A stretch of DNA of 64,000 nt from Octopus vulgaris. Taxonomy: Eukaryota. Below are positions 29,424 to 42,193 of this stretch, in pieces. The notes under the pieces were generated by a model. It did no database searches. It worked only from the letters and a program-made list of their open reading frames with translations, and was not told the origin of the DNA. The position numbers and the translations under genes were made by a program. Each line of letters starts with the position of its first letter. Position 1 is the stretch's first letter. The stretch covers positions 5,518,001-5,582,000 of the forward strand of contig OX597837.1 in the NCBI GenBank assembly GCA_951406725.2, in the 5' to 3' direction.

Positions 29424-29977
29424 GCCCTGATGCAGTACCAGGCAGTGGTTCTCATGGCTTCTGATCTTAACTGATTGGAAGTGTTATCATGTACATTGTT
29501 TTGTCTTGGTATAAAAGATGGGCTACAGCAAATATTCTGCTCAATACCACAGATTTGCTTGTCAGTTGTTTGACCTTAACCAGTTGAGCATGTCCCTTAG
29601 TGGCTGACGATATGTGCATCTCTGATCACGAGCAGAAGTAGTGGGGGAGCATCATGGCCATGTGTTGAGAGGGATTCTTTGGAGTTTGAATGGTTCACTT
29701 CTGGAAACATAGGTGTTTCGTTCAACATCCTAAAGCAACCCTTATTCAGGGACCGTTTGAGCAGGATGGGCTACTCAACCTGAAGAAAATTCTAACTGGG
29801 CCCCACCTGCAAGGTCATGTGCTGTTTATCTTGATATGAGATCACCATGTCGCGCACATATGGCTGTGATGCATGTGCCTGGTGTACCTTTATCAGACGG
29901 GTAGTCATGATGGGTATATTGGGCTTCGTATATTTTACCCCAGTGTCACTTTGATGGCATGAACTGCTCTCTCACTC
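29421..29977 (+). mobile_element. Non-coding interspersed repeat in (AAT)n, probably a retroelement 3' UTR or non-autonomous derivative, longer copy
   Basis: It is highly similar to 11271-11735, with the same 3' end (ctgctctctcactc|aataat) and (AAT)n on both sides. Confidence 0.8.
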
Positions 29978-30701
29978 AATAATAATAATAATAATAATAA
30001 CAACAAAAATAATAATAATGAAGATGTTGATGATAATAATAATAATAATAACAAATTACTAGAAAGAAAATAAAATTAATAAAAGTAGAATAAATTGATA
30101 AAAATAATATAAAGAGAAGACAAAATAAAAAAAAGTTGATAATAATAAAAGTGAATTAAAAAAGTAAATATTTCAAAAACCAAAGAAAAACAGTGATGGA
30201 AATAGAATAAAACAAATATATAAAAATAATAAACAAATAGAAAATAAAACTGTAATAGAATAAAAGTATAACAAATTGATAATAAATAGAATAAATTAAA
30301 GAAAATATAGGAAAAAATTGAATAAAAATAGAAATTTAGCAAGAAAAAAAACCATGAGTAAAAATATCGAAAGCGCTAATAGTAGTGTTTAGTATTCACT
30401 TTAACGTTTTGACATAAAGTGAATTTATTCTGTCTTTCTACGGTTGGCGATCTTAAAGACTACTGCGATTCTCTTTGACCTCACATCTTTGTTTTTGATG
30501 GTCGATTGATAGAAATGTGCCGTTTGTTTCGCTCTTCTTTATTTCATTAAATTTGCCACAAGGGCAGCACACAGAGAGAAGCTTGCGGGCTGGACACTGA
30601 CATTAATGGGACGAATGATAATGATGCAAGGATGATAAGGATGGGAGAAGACGAAAAGCGCCCGCCGACTTTCGCTTCTCTAAAACATTGTTCTTTTTTC
30701 C

Positions 30702-31289
30702 TTTTTTTTTTTTTAAACACAATGAGGCGATAAACCTCTTACATAGTTTATTTATTGAAAAAAAAAACACACACAAACGCACACGAGGCAATAATCCTCT
30801 CACTTCCATAAGGGAGTGACATTACAAAATGAGATTGGAAAAATTGAAAGGAAGGGCCGGTGGGAGGGGCTTCTGTCCTGCACGGAGGACCCTGAGTGGC
30901 CTTCGTAGGTGACTGCGGAGGTCATATGGGATAACGATCTGTGCAGGATAACAAATTCCTTCCCAGCGGACTCCTTTAGATATATGGTCAAGTGGTCCGG
31001 CTTGGAACCGACTACATGCTTCAATGAAGCGAGGAGCCTGGTCGGACAGAAAACTTGAAGTGTTGGTTGTTTCACACTTCGTGTTTCATCGTAGCGATGG
31101 TTGTTGCGCCGTATCGTCGTCTACAGTGAAGTCTCATCCTTTTGCGACCTCCGATGCCGGGATGACATAGTGATAAGACCGGTTGTTGACGAAGAGCAGG
31201 ACGGAGTTGTGGTAGCATAACACACTGATCTCTACAGGCGATGTTGCTTCAGCGGTATCGTAACACAGCAAACTAACGCTAATTTGCAT
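30702..31289 (-). pseudogene. GC-rich orphan reading frame (156 codons, two in-frame TGA) with polyA signal and A-tail; candidate retrocopy or viral/TE relic
   Basis: The frame runs from ATG at 31289 to TAA at 30824-30822, with TGA at 31136-31134 and 31088-31086. Overlapping AATAAA signals lie at 30756-30747 and an A13 run at 30714-30702. Confidence 0.45.
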
Positions 31290-31314
31290 GCTGCATGTTA
31301 ACACTTTATTTAAT

Positions 31315-31478
31315 ACCTATTTCTTTACTACCCACAAGGGGATAAGCACAGAGACGACAAACAAGGACAGACAAACGGATTAAGTCGATTATATCGACCC
31401 CAGTGCGTAACTGGTACTTATTTAATCGACCCCGAATAGATGAAAGGCAAAGTCGACCTCGGCGGAATTTGAACTCAA
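31315..31478 (-). mobile_element. SINE family A, inverted relative to the adjacent array
   Basis: It is the reverse complement of the array unit. Confidence 0.88.
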
Positions 31479-31525
31479 AGAGGATCTCAGTCCACAGTAT
31501 CAAGGTATGATATTAATATATATAA

Positions 31526-32342
31526 AAGGTGGCAAGCTGGCAGAATCGTTAGCACGCCGGGCGAAATGCGTAGCCGTATTTCTTCTGCCGTTACGTTCTG
31601 AGTTCAAATTCCGCCGAGGTTAACTTTGCCTTTCATCCCTTCGGGGTCGATAAATTAAGTTCCAGTTACGCACTGGGGTCGATATAATTGATTTAATCCG
31701 TTTGTCTGTCCTTGTTTGTCCCCTCTGTGTTTAGCCCCTTGTGGGTAGTATAAAAATAGGTGTTTCTTCTGCCGCTACGTTCTGAGTTCCAATTCTGCCG
31801 AGGTCGACTTTGCCTTTCATCCTTTCGGGGTCGATAAATTAAGTACCAGTTACGCACTGGGGTCGATATAATCGACTTAACCCGTTTCTCTGTCCTTGTT
31901 TGTCCCCTCTGTGTTTAGCCCCTTGTGGGTAGTAAAGAGATAGGTATTTCGTCTGCCGTTACGTTCTGAGTTCAAATTCTGCCGAGGTCGACTTTGCCTT
32001 TCATCCTTTCGGAGTCGATAAATAACGTAACAGTTACGCACTAGGGTCGATATAATCGTCCTAATCCGTTTGTATGTTCCTGTTCGTCCCCTCTGTGTGT
32101 AGCCTCTTGTGGGCAGTAAAGAAATAAGAAACGTTAGCCCTCCGGGCGAAATGCTTGGCGGTATTTCGTCTGTCTTTACGTTCTGAGTTCAAATTCCGCC
32201 GAGGTTGACTTTACCTTTCATCCTTTCAGAGACGATTAAATAAGTACCAGCTACGTATTGGGGTTGATGTAAACCGACTTAATCCCTTTGTCTGTCCTTG
32301 TTTGTCCCCCCTATGTTTAGCCCCCTATGGGCAAAAAAAAAA
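31526..32342 (+). mobile_element. tRNA-derived SINE family A (Deu/Nin-like domain), head-to-tail array of four units
   Basis: The block gttctgagttcaaattccgccgaggtcgactttgcctttcatcctttcggggtcgataaa occurs four times at about 185 bp spacing, and only unit 1 has a full head. Confidence 0.9.
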
Positions 32343-33013
32343 GATGTTATGTATATGTAAACGATATTGAACCTATATAAACAGAGTTACTTTAGCTATA
32401 TCTTCGTAGATTGAAAGAAAATGATAAACAACCAAAATTGATTTTCGAACCTTATTGAATCTCCATCAAAGGTGTTTACATCAAATTAACCAATCCAAGA
32501 GAAACAGGCAGCCGATCTGTTTATATATTCAACAGTTCCAATAGTTACGGAGAACAGGCGCAACTAATTCTAAAACACGCATGAGATAATATAATTTTAT
32601 TAGACTACATTATCTGATCTGTCCTTAGACGTTTTTCTTTTAGTTTAATTTAAGATGGGTAGACAACGCACTCAATATTTTCACAAGGTCCTTGACATTG
32701 AGGGAATTATGAGAGAAAAATTGAAAAGAAAAAGTGTATATCTTGTGGATCCGAATGCTTGCAACGGATTGGAAAGTGTTAAAATGACGAAAGTGCCATG
32801 TGATGATAATCTTAGCAGTGATAAAAACTGGGCAATGGAAACGACATGTATTCATCATAGATGAGTCGAATTACACTTATCTCTTACACGGAAGAGAATT
32901 AAAGCATCGAACTGTACTGAATGATCGCTCAAAACCTGCCATATTTAATATACACTGAACTACACATACATACACACACATACATTCATACCTACCTACC
33001 TACCTACCTACCT

Positions 33014-33091
<78 letters not shown>

Positions 33092-33111
33092 CATATATAT
33101 ATATATGTGTG

Positions 33112-33147
<36 letters not shown>

Positions 33148-33209
33148 CATATATATATGTGTATATGTATATATATAAATATACATACACACACACACAC
33201 ATGTATATA

Positions 33210-33247
<38 letters not shown>

Positions 33248-33248
33248 C

Positions 33249-33291
<43 letters not shown>

Positions 33292-33995
33292 TATATATAG
33301 TGCTATATAGCACTAAACATTCAAATACTAATCAAACGAAATGTGCGCGCGCGTGTGTGTGTGTGTGTTTAATCTTCAAACGTTACACCTTATACTTAAT
33401 GAATCATTCTCTGATTATTGTTCCGTGTAGTTTAATGTAACAACTTTCATTTAAAGTCTAGTTTCGTTACACGTTTCATACCGACATCTATTTGTGTCGG
33501 TACACAGCAGAGAGTAGATTTTACATGAATTCTGTTACTTTCAATGTATATTAATTATACATAAGATACACGAATAACACTATGCAGATATCTCATTTAT
33601 ATTATATAAAGTACCCAATGAACCATGCGTTTTCAATAAACAATTTTTTACTTTCGTTTTCCGAAACACGGCGGGAACCTATTTTTTCTATTATCGCTTA
33701 CTATATTACTATAAGATCTAAAGGTGCATTATATATGAAGGAAAGAGAGGGAGAGAGAAAGAAAGGGAGGTGAGTGGGAGTGAAGGAGAGAGAGAGAGAG
33801 AAAGAGGGAGGGAGAGAAGGAGGGTGGAAAGAGATGGGGAGATGGGTCGCGTGGGAGGTAGAATGGGATAAATATACATACATATATGCGCGCACAAACG
33901 CATGTAGATACAAACATGCAGTCTCAGAAACATACATATGAAAGTGTACAGACACACACACATACATACATATATATAAATACGCATGTATAATA

Positions 33996-34080
<85 letters not shown>

Positions 34081-34471
34081 CATATATACATGTAAATAAA
34101 TACATACATGAGTGACTGTGTGGTAAGTAGCTTGCTTAACACCTAAATGGTCCCGGGTTCAGTCCCACTGCGTGGAACCTTTGCCAAGTGTCTTCTATTA
34201 TAGCCTCGGGCTGACCAAAGCCTTGTGTGTGGATTTGGTAGACGGAAACTGTAAGAAGCCCGTCGTATATGTATATACATATATATATATATGTATGTGT
34301 GTGTATATGTTTGTGGCGAAATAGTTAGCAGAAGTTCGCCATTACCTTCTGCCGGAGCCGCGTGGAGCTTAGGTGTTTCGTTCATAAAAACACACATCAC
34401 CCGATCTGAGATTCGAACCCGCGATCCCTCGACTGCGAGTCCGCTTCTCTAAACCACTAGGCCATGTACCT

Positions 34472-34538
<67 letters not shown>

Positions 34539-35027
34539 GTGTGTGTGTAAGTGTAAACATGAGAAAACATACACGGTGCTTCCTCTTGCATTTCTCGTGC
34601 TATACACTCGGTCATAATTTTACAACCAATCCCTCGTCAACTACGCTATCACAAAATCAGTGAAGCAGTCATTGCCAGGCAAGAAAACAGTAATCATACC
34701 ATCGTAGCGAATTTTACTAATCTACATAACAAAAAAATTGGCAAATATAAAAAGAAATCCATCAACACAGACGCATATAAATCTATACAAATGCATAATG
34801 ATGTATACACAGACATACACTCATACACATACACATTTATATAGAGATATATAGCTTTACTCAAGCTACGACTGAAGAACTGTGAATAGTGTCGCATGAA
34901 ATTATTGGTATCTTATTAAGAGTACTATATTATTAAAAGAAATTATTCCTCTACTAATGCGGTACGGATCGCATGCCATTTACTTTGCTTAGTAACGTCT
35001 GTGTGTGTATATCCATATACGTATAAA

Positions 35028-35112
<85 letters not shown>

Positions 35113-35176
35113 ATATATATATATATATATATACATATATATAAATATATATACGAAGGCGTTATCATAAAAGTAG

Positions 35177-35211
<35 letters not shown>

Positions 35212-35830
35212 CGTGTCTGTATATACATATATACTAATATATGTATACATGTTTGGTCATATATATATATATATATAAGTATATATATATGTATACATCT
35301 ATATATATATATACATCTCTCTATATATATTTATATATACAGGCATGCATATATATATGTATGTATATATGTATATATATATTTACAATTCATAGTAGAT
35401 ACAAGGAAGATTATAGACTAAGTATATGAACTTTAGCCAAACAACGGTAAGATGTGGAAAATATTTATATATCATTCTATATACATTAATGTAAAACCAG
35501 CTAATAGCTTGCAATATGAAGATATGTCATGTTATATATACATTGAAATAGATATATATATTCTATAATGCTCATTATTCCTGGAATAATGTATGTATGT
35601 ATTTTTTATTGAATGCCATTAGCTGTTTTTTTGCGTTAAAAGTATATATACTTACATAATTATATGTATGTATACTTACCTATATAAGTGTTTATATATG
35701 TTTGTATAAATATATATATATATATATTTGTATATGTGTATATATGTCTATATCTATATACATTTATATGTAGAGAATATATATATACGCATATATATAT
35801 ACATATATATATGCATATTCATGCATTATG

Positions 35831-35940
<110 letters not shown>

Positions 35941-36029
35941 TACATATCTACCTACATAAATTCATACATTTGGTATAATAGTCCAATGTTCAAACAAACA
36001 TATGGAGAATTTTCGATGCCAGATATAAA

Positions 36030-36660
36030 CTAATGAGATACTACAATATATTTATAAATTTACCAGCCACCCAAAATATTTTAGCCAACGTCATTATATA
36101 TCATTACACGAAACCGACCTCTTCTAACGAACCTATTTTAAACGATATTACTATGTGCTGAGTACGTGAACGTTTTGCATTCATGGATATAATGAAAGGA
36201 ATTGCAAAAGGTTTTTCAACACACGTTGCCATGAAAAATAATTCAAAGCATATAAAAATAACATGGTATAACCCACCGTACAAGAAAGTGGTTCTATCTC
36301 CAGTAGCTAAATGCTATTTTCATATTGATATATGAACATTTCCCACCCAGCCATATATATGACAGTATTATTAAAAATTTCATAATATGTCACCACGTCT
36401 AATTTCTCGCAATCATTAACTAATACGGGGTCTAAATAACGAGATAGACTACAATTTGTAATTTTGTATAGAAGGAAAAATGTCCTCTTGAAAATTGATA
36501 CATAACTTAAATTAATATTTATCATATTATCAATACTATCGCGAACCAATATAAGTGAACAAAGAAAGGATTTGTTTTTTAAATTAGATATACTCTGTCT
36601 AGTCATTTATTCCAGTAACAGTTTGCAATTTTATCAAATTTTATCTGGAAACTTAATATA
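36030..36660 (+). pseudogene. Degenerate Penelope-like retroelement ORF (RT C-terminus / GIY-YIG linker region)
   Basis: ITWYNPPYKKVV (from 36258), then the frameshifted LIYEHFPPSHIY, then ILSNFIWKL (about 36628-36654) echo, in the right order, the IWFNPPF...LIDKHFP..H...LSKHIWKL motifs of Penelope-like elements. Confidence 0.6.
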
Positions 36661-36888
36661 TACTCTGATTGTAAACGGAAACGAATGTGCTGCAAAAAGT
36701 ATGCATAGAATATTAAAATATTTTCAACATACTTGCAGGTCTAGCTTTGTGGTAAGAAGTTGCTTCCTAACCACAAGGTTCTGGGTTTAGACTGCGTGGC
36801 ACCTTAGGAAGTTGTCTTCAACTACAGTCTCGGATTGACCAAAACATTGTCAGTGGATTTGGTAGACGGAAGCTGAAAGAAGCCTGGG

Positions 36889-37032
<144 letters not shown>

Positions 37033-37125
37033 TTACCTATCTATCTATCTATTTATCTATCTATCAGTCTGTCTGTCTGTCTGTCTGCCTGTCTGTCTCT
37101 CTATCTGTCTGTTTGTCCATCATCA

Positions 37126-37191
<66 letters not shown>

Positions 37192-37382
37192 TTATCTATC
37201 TATCTATAAATCTATCTGTCTACGTGTGTAGTTGTGTGTCTATGTTTGTCCTCCCACCATCGCCTGACAACTGACGATTCTGTGTTTAGGGGTTCAGCAA
37301 AAGAAACCGATACAATAAGCACTAGGCTTTCAAAAAATATGTCCTGGGTACGATTACTGAAATAAGTAAAAGAAGAAAGAAA

Positions 37383-37425
<43 letters not shown>

Positions 37426-37684
37426 GGTGTATGTATTATGCATGTATGAATACAGCAAAATCAATTTGTTTGCATAACTGTCCGTTACATAATGCTTACG
37501 ATCGTTTCGATAACCACCTTCATTTATCATACAATTAATAATTGTATTAATAATTGTATGATGAGTTCCGAAGATAGAAATCTCTTCAGTGCCAAAATAG
37601 ACATATTTATCTTTACATCCTAATAGACTGAGTGTTCACTATAGACAAAGGTAGCAGCGTGCGTTTGTGCGTGTGTGTGAGTGA

Positions 37685-37716
<32 letters not shown>

Positions 37717-37859
37717 ATTAGCATAACCGCTTAATTGTCGTATGTCTTCATTCTCTGTGTGTGTGTGTATCACGCTATTTGTTTTTGGAGTTCTGTTCTA
37801 AATATAAACACAATTAAAAATTCACGATAGTAGGATAGTGGCTACCTACCCTATATACT

Positions 37860-38268
37860 CTTTTCTCTTTTTACTCCTCTTACTTGTTTCAGTCATTTGA
37901 CTGCGGCCATGCTGGAGCACCGCCTTTAGTCGAGCAAATCGACCCCAGGACTTATTCTTTGTAAGCCCAGTACTTATTCTATCGGTCTCTTTTGCCGAAC
38001 CGCTAAATGACGGGGACATAAACACACCAGCATCGGTTGTCAAGCATTGCTAGGGGGACAAGCACGCACACACATACACACATATATATATATATATATA
38101 CATATATACGACAGGCTTCTTTCAGTTTCCGTCTGCCAAATCCACTCACAAGGGATTGGTCGGCCCGGGGCTATAGCAGAAGACACTTGCCCAAGATGCC
38201 ACGCAGTGGGACTGAACCCAGAACCATGTGGTTGGTTAGCAAGCTACTTACCACTCAGCCACTCCTGT
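37860..38268 (-). mobile_element. tRNA-derived CORE-type SINE family C (octopus OR-like) with internal microsatellite
   Basis: It has the head ggagtggctgagtggtaagtagcttgc, the CORE-like gcatcttgggcaagtgtcttc, and the tail gctccagcatggccgcagtcaaatgactgaaacaag. Relatives lie at about 6891-7096, 21014-21172, 42914-43189, 54715-55112 (-) and 34088-34270, 36737-37380 (+). Confidence 0.85.
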
Positions 38269-38342
38269 ATATACATATACATATATACATGAATATATAT
38301 TATATAAACACGCATATATATGGATATATATTTATATATATG

Positions 38343-38399
<57 letters not shown>

Positions 38400-39047
38400 T
38401 TAGAGACAAAACCACTATTAGGCAAAAAAATATAATTAATTATATTTTTTAAATAATTTTGTTATATATTTAAATAATATAAATTAAATAATCTTATGTA
38501 TTGGCTTAAGTTTTTCATTGTATGATTTGCCTAATAGTGGCTTTGTCTCTAATTTAATAAAATATAATATTTTACTATAAAATTGGATTCAATCCTAAAT
38601 CTGATTTTTCCCTGTAAGTTTGGATTTATTCCCTAATATTTATTATATATATATATATTATGTGTATAGATATATTCGTTTTTTTCTTTTTACTTTCTAT
38701 CCCTTTTTTTTTGCTTTTATCTCGTCTTTGCCCCTTTCCCCCTCATCACTTTTTCTTTCCACCACCACACCACGTCCTATGACAAGTAAATTATATAAAG
38801 ATGTGCAAATTCTATCAATTTTCAAACATAACTTGTCTAAAGATGCTGCCCTCTTACCGTTGAAACTTAGGGTAGCACGAGACTGACATGATCAAAATAA
38901 GATACATTAATTTCTACTATGATATTGAGCACTTTTTTGCGACAAAATTACATGGATTTGTGTGAGATTGTGTCAGTGTCTCTGTGTGTGTTTGTTTATG
39001 TATGCATGCATGTATGTATGTATGTACGTATGTATGAATCTATCTAT

Positions 39048-39253
39048 CTCGTCCTCATCGACGCCCAGGTTTGCCCCAAGATCGTCGTCGTACCTCCCCT
39101 CCACTAATCCCCTATAGAATGTTTTGGTTGTGTTGAAGTCACTCAAGGTCGACCCGGGACGGCAGAGTTGCTTGAGAGCAACGCAACACTCATGGTGCCA
39201 TTTGCCCTCCTTGGCCTCTTTTTGATCCACGACTGGATCAAGTAAGATCCACG
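39048..39253 (-). mobile_element. Inverted ~200 bp fragment of the same Tx1 element
   Basis: The reverse complement matches about 40759-40942 (WH.EC.VALKQLCRPGSTLSDFNTTKTFYRGLVEGRYDDDLGANLGVDE). Confidence 0.9.
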
Positions 39254-39425
39254 ACTGAAACAAGTAAGAAGAGTAAAAAGAGAAAAGAGTATATAGGGTA
39301 GGTAGCCACTATCCTACTATCGTGAATTTTTAATTGTGTTTATATTTAGAACAGAACTCCAAAAACAAATAGCGTGATACACACACACACACAGAATGAA
39401 GACATACGACAATTAAGCGGTTATG

Positions 39426-39471
<46 letters not shown>

Positions 39472-39696
39472 TCACTCACACACACGCACAAACGCACGCT
39501 GCTACCTTTGTCTATGTTGAACGCTCAGTCTATTAGGATGTAAAGATAAATAAGTTTATTTTGGCACTGAAGAGATTTCTATCTTGTGTGTGCGTGCGCA
39601 TGTGTATCTGTGTATGTATGTATGTATGTATGTATGTATGTATGTATGTATGTATATATGTATGCATGTATGTACGTATGTATGAATCTATCTATC

Positions 39697-41843
39697 TCGC
39701 CCTCAAGAGAGCAGTAAAAGCGGAAGCAATTAGATATAGCAAGGCACTAGCCGTAGATAGAAATAGAGTAGAGGGTGAGTTAGTTAAGAAGTTAGAAGAG
39801 GCAATAAGAAGCAGCATCACATCCGACGTTTTAGCGGCGAGGTTGGCCCTTGACCAACACTTCAACGCCAAACACGAAGATTGTGCTGTAAGGGCTAGGA
39901 TGCGTGCTCTAAGGATGGAAGGTGTTGGAGACGCGAGGGAGGCCCAGGTGACGGAGGAGCAGCAGGGCAACAAAGCCACCATTCGGTCTCTGGTAGATGA
40001 ACAAGGGCGCGAATTGCTCGAGCCCAGCAAGATGTGCGAGATATTTCAGTGGCACTTTGCCCGACTGTACGGGACGAGTGGCGAGCGTGAACGCAGGGTG
40101 GACTTCAGTGCCTACCTGCACAGCCTACCACGACTCTCGGCAAGAGAGGCAGAGTGCTGCGAAGGTGCCATCACGGCGGAGGATGTGCGGGACGCGATGG
40201 CAGAATGCTCGAGAGACAAATCGCCGGGTTTGGATGGTCTGCCCTACGAGTATGCCAGACCTGTTTGGAGACGTCTTGGCAGCGGTATACTGCAACTGGT
40301 AGCAACACGGGAGCATACCTGGTTTTGTGAGTCGAGGAGCTGTAACTCTGCTGAAGAAAGATCCTAACAAGGGGAACATTATAGATAACTTTAGACCAAT
40401 CACTCTGCTCAATGCAGACCTGAAAATTTTGACAAAGGTGTTAGCCAAGAGGTTGGCGCTTGTCGTCGAGAAACTGGTCGACAACGCACAAACGTGCTCC
40501 GTGCCGGGCCGGAGCATCCATGACAACCTCCATCTGATGCGCTACATCATAGACAGAGGAAAGGATGCGTCCCGATGGTCAGGCGATCCATTTTCTGTCA
40601 ACACTCGTTAAAAGGAGGGCTGGGCATGCCATAGTTGATGATGCGCAGACACGCGCTGAGACTGCGACATCTCCGGCTCTATGTAGACAACGGTGAACAG
40701 GTGTGGTCGCCGTTTGTGAGGCACGCGTTCCCGCTGCTCGTCTCCATGACCGAACTGCAGTCGTGGATCAAAAAGAGGCCGAGGAAGGGCGAATGGCACC
40801 GCGAGTGTCGCGTTGCTCTCAAGCAACTCTGCCGTCCCGGGTCGACCTTGAGTGACTTCAACACAACCAAAACATTCTATAGGGGATTAGTGGAGGGGAG
40901 GTACGACGACGATCTTGGGGCAAACCTGGGCGTCGATGAGGAATACCTGACCCGCCTGTTTGAAACGACTTTCGGGCCGGGACCTATGGACAACTTCTAG
41001 AGATCCCTGGCCTGGCGGTGCTACCGAGAAACGCTACCCGTTCGGGATAAGCTCTATAGGCATGGCTCGAGAAACACGGGGCCGACCTGCCAGAGATGCG
41101 GGCAGAGCGACGAAACTGCTCTGCACGCAATCGTGCAGTGTCCAACAATCTCCGACCTGTGGGCTTATGTCGAACGACTGCTGTCACGTGTGGGACGTGT
41201 CGGTTTATCAGCCAAGTCTATCGTTAATATCGTCACGCCTCCTTCCTTCAAACGGGAAGGAAGAGCTATTTTTATCATACTTGTGGCTATGGCGAAAGAA
41301 TGTATCTGGTGGACGCGCCTGAAAGGATTAGAGACAAACACTTTCCTCTCTGGTCAATCTCTCATCAACTTCTTCAAGTATCACTTGAAGAGGAAAGTGA
41401 GAGTAGAGAGGCAAGTTTTGTCTAGTGAATGTTTTAAAAAGAGATGGGTGAATGTAGCAAGGATGGCACGTATGAATGACGAAGCCACCTTGACTATGAT
41501 TCTATGAACCGTAAAAATTAATACAAAGAGTTGCTTATTTGCAAAAAAAAAAAAGAAATATATAACATGTGACTTCATTGACCGAGGTTACCGTGGTCTT
41601 TTCTGTAGGCTTTTCTTTCCACGGGTAAACCTCACCTGTCCCCCCCCCTTTACACTTCATATTGACATTTCTGTGATAACGATCCCTAATTGATCAATAT
41701 CCCCCCTTTTTGTCCTCTTTATTTCCTTTTACGATCCCTTTTGATCGAAAACCAAACCCCCTTTTTTTACCCCCCAAAGAAAAGCTCTACCTTGTAATCT
41801 GTCCTGTCTGTGTACAGCCCTATGTGGCTAATAAAGAAACATA
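39697..41843 (+). mobile_element. Tx1/L1-clade non-LTR retrotransposon, copy 2, 5'-truncated, internally deleted and frameshifted
   Basis: Motifs KSPGLDGLPYE and NFRPITLLNADLKILTKVLAKRL...QTCSVPGRSIHDNL mark the start of the RT domain. The sequence then jumps near 40558 to the post-RT region (GGLGMP). There is a premature TAG near 40998, the CPRCGQSDET..H..VQC zinc knuckle, a stop at 41507, and the same 3' UTR as copy 1 with AATAAA at 41830. Confidence 0.92.
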
Positions 41844-42048
41844 TCTATATATATGTCTGTCTATGTGTCTGTCAGTCTATCTGTCTATCTATCTGTCTGT
41901 CTGCCTATCTGTCTGTCTGTCTGTGTGTCTGTCTATTATCTATCTCTCTCTCTATCTATCTACCTATCTGTCTGTCTATCTGTCTCTCTCTCTATCTATC
42001 TGCCTATCTGTTTATCTGCCTCTCTCTCTCTATCTATCTATCTGTCTG

Positions 42049-42102
<54 letters not shown>

Positions 42103-42121
42103 GCCTATTAGTGTTTCTATC

Positions 42122-42193
<72 letters not shown>

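Larger units (their letters stand above)
37571..39585. repeat. Local inverted duplication of about 325 bp (37571-37894 versus 39252-39585)
   Basis: The two segments are near-identical reverse complements covering unique sequence plus the SINE C tail end. Confidence 0.92.

Noticed and set aside
30800-31075. Listed 91-aa ORF (MKQPTLQVF...)
   Set aside because: It starts at GTG, is unrecognisable, and overlaps the longer ATG-initiated frame; kept only as an alternative frame.
30760-31289. Selenoprotein interpretation of the two in-frame TGAs
   Set aside because: No AUGA..AA..GA SECIS-type hairpin is visible in the short 3' region, and there is no redox motif around the TGAs.
32655-32864. 69-aa ATG ORF MGRQRTQYFHKV...
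   Set aside because: It is short with no domain, and at best faintly resembles a decayed RTE C-terminus.
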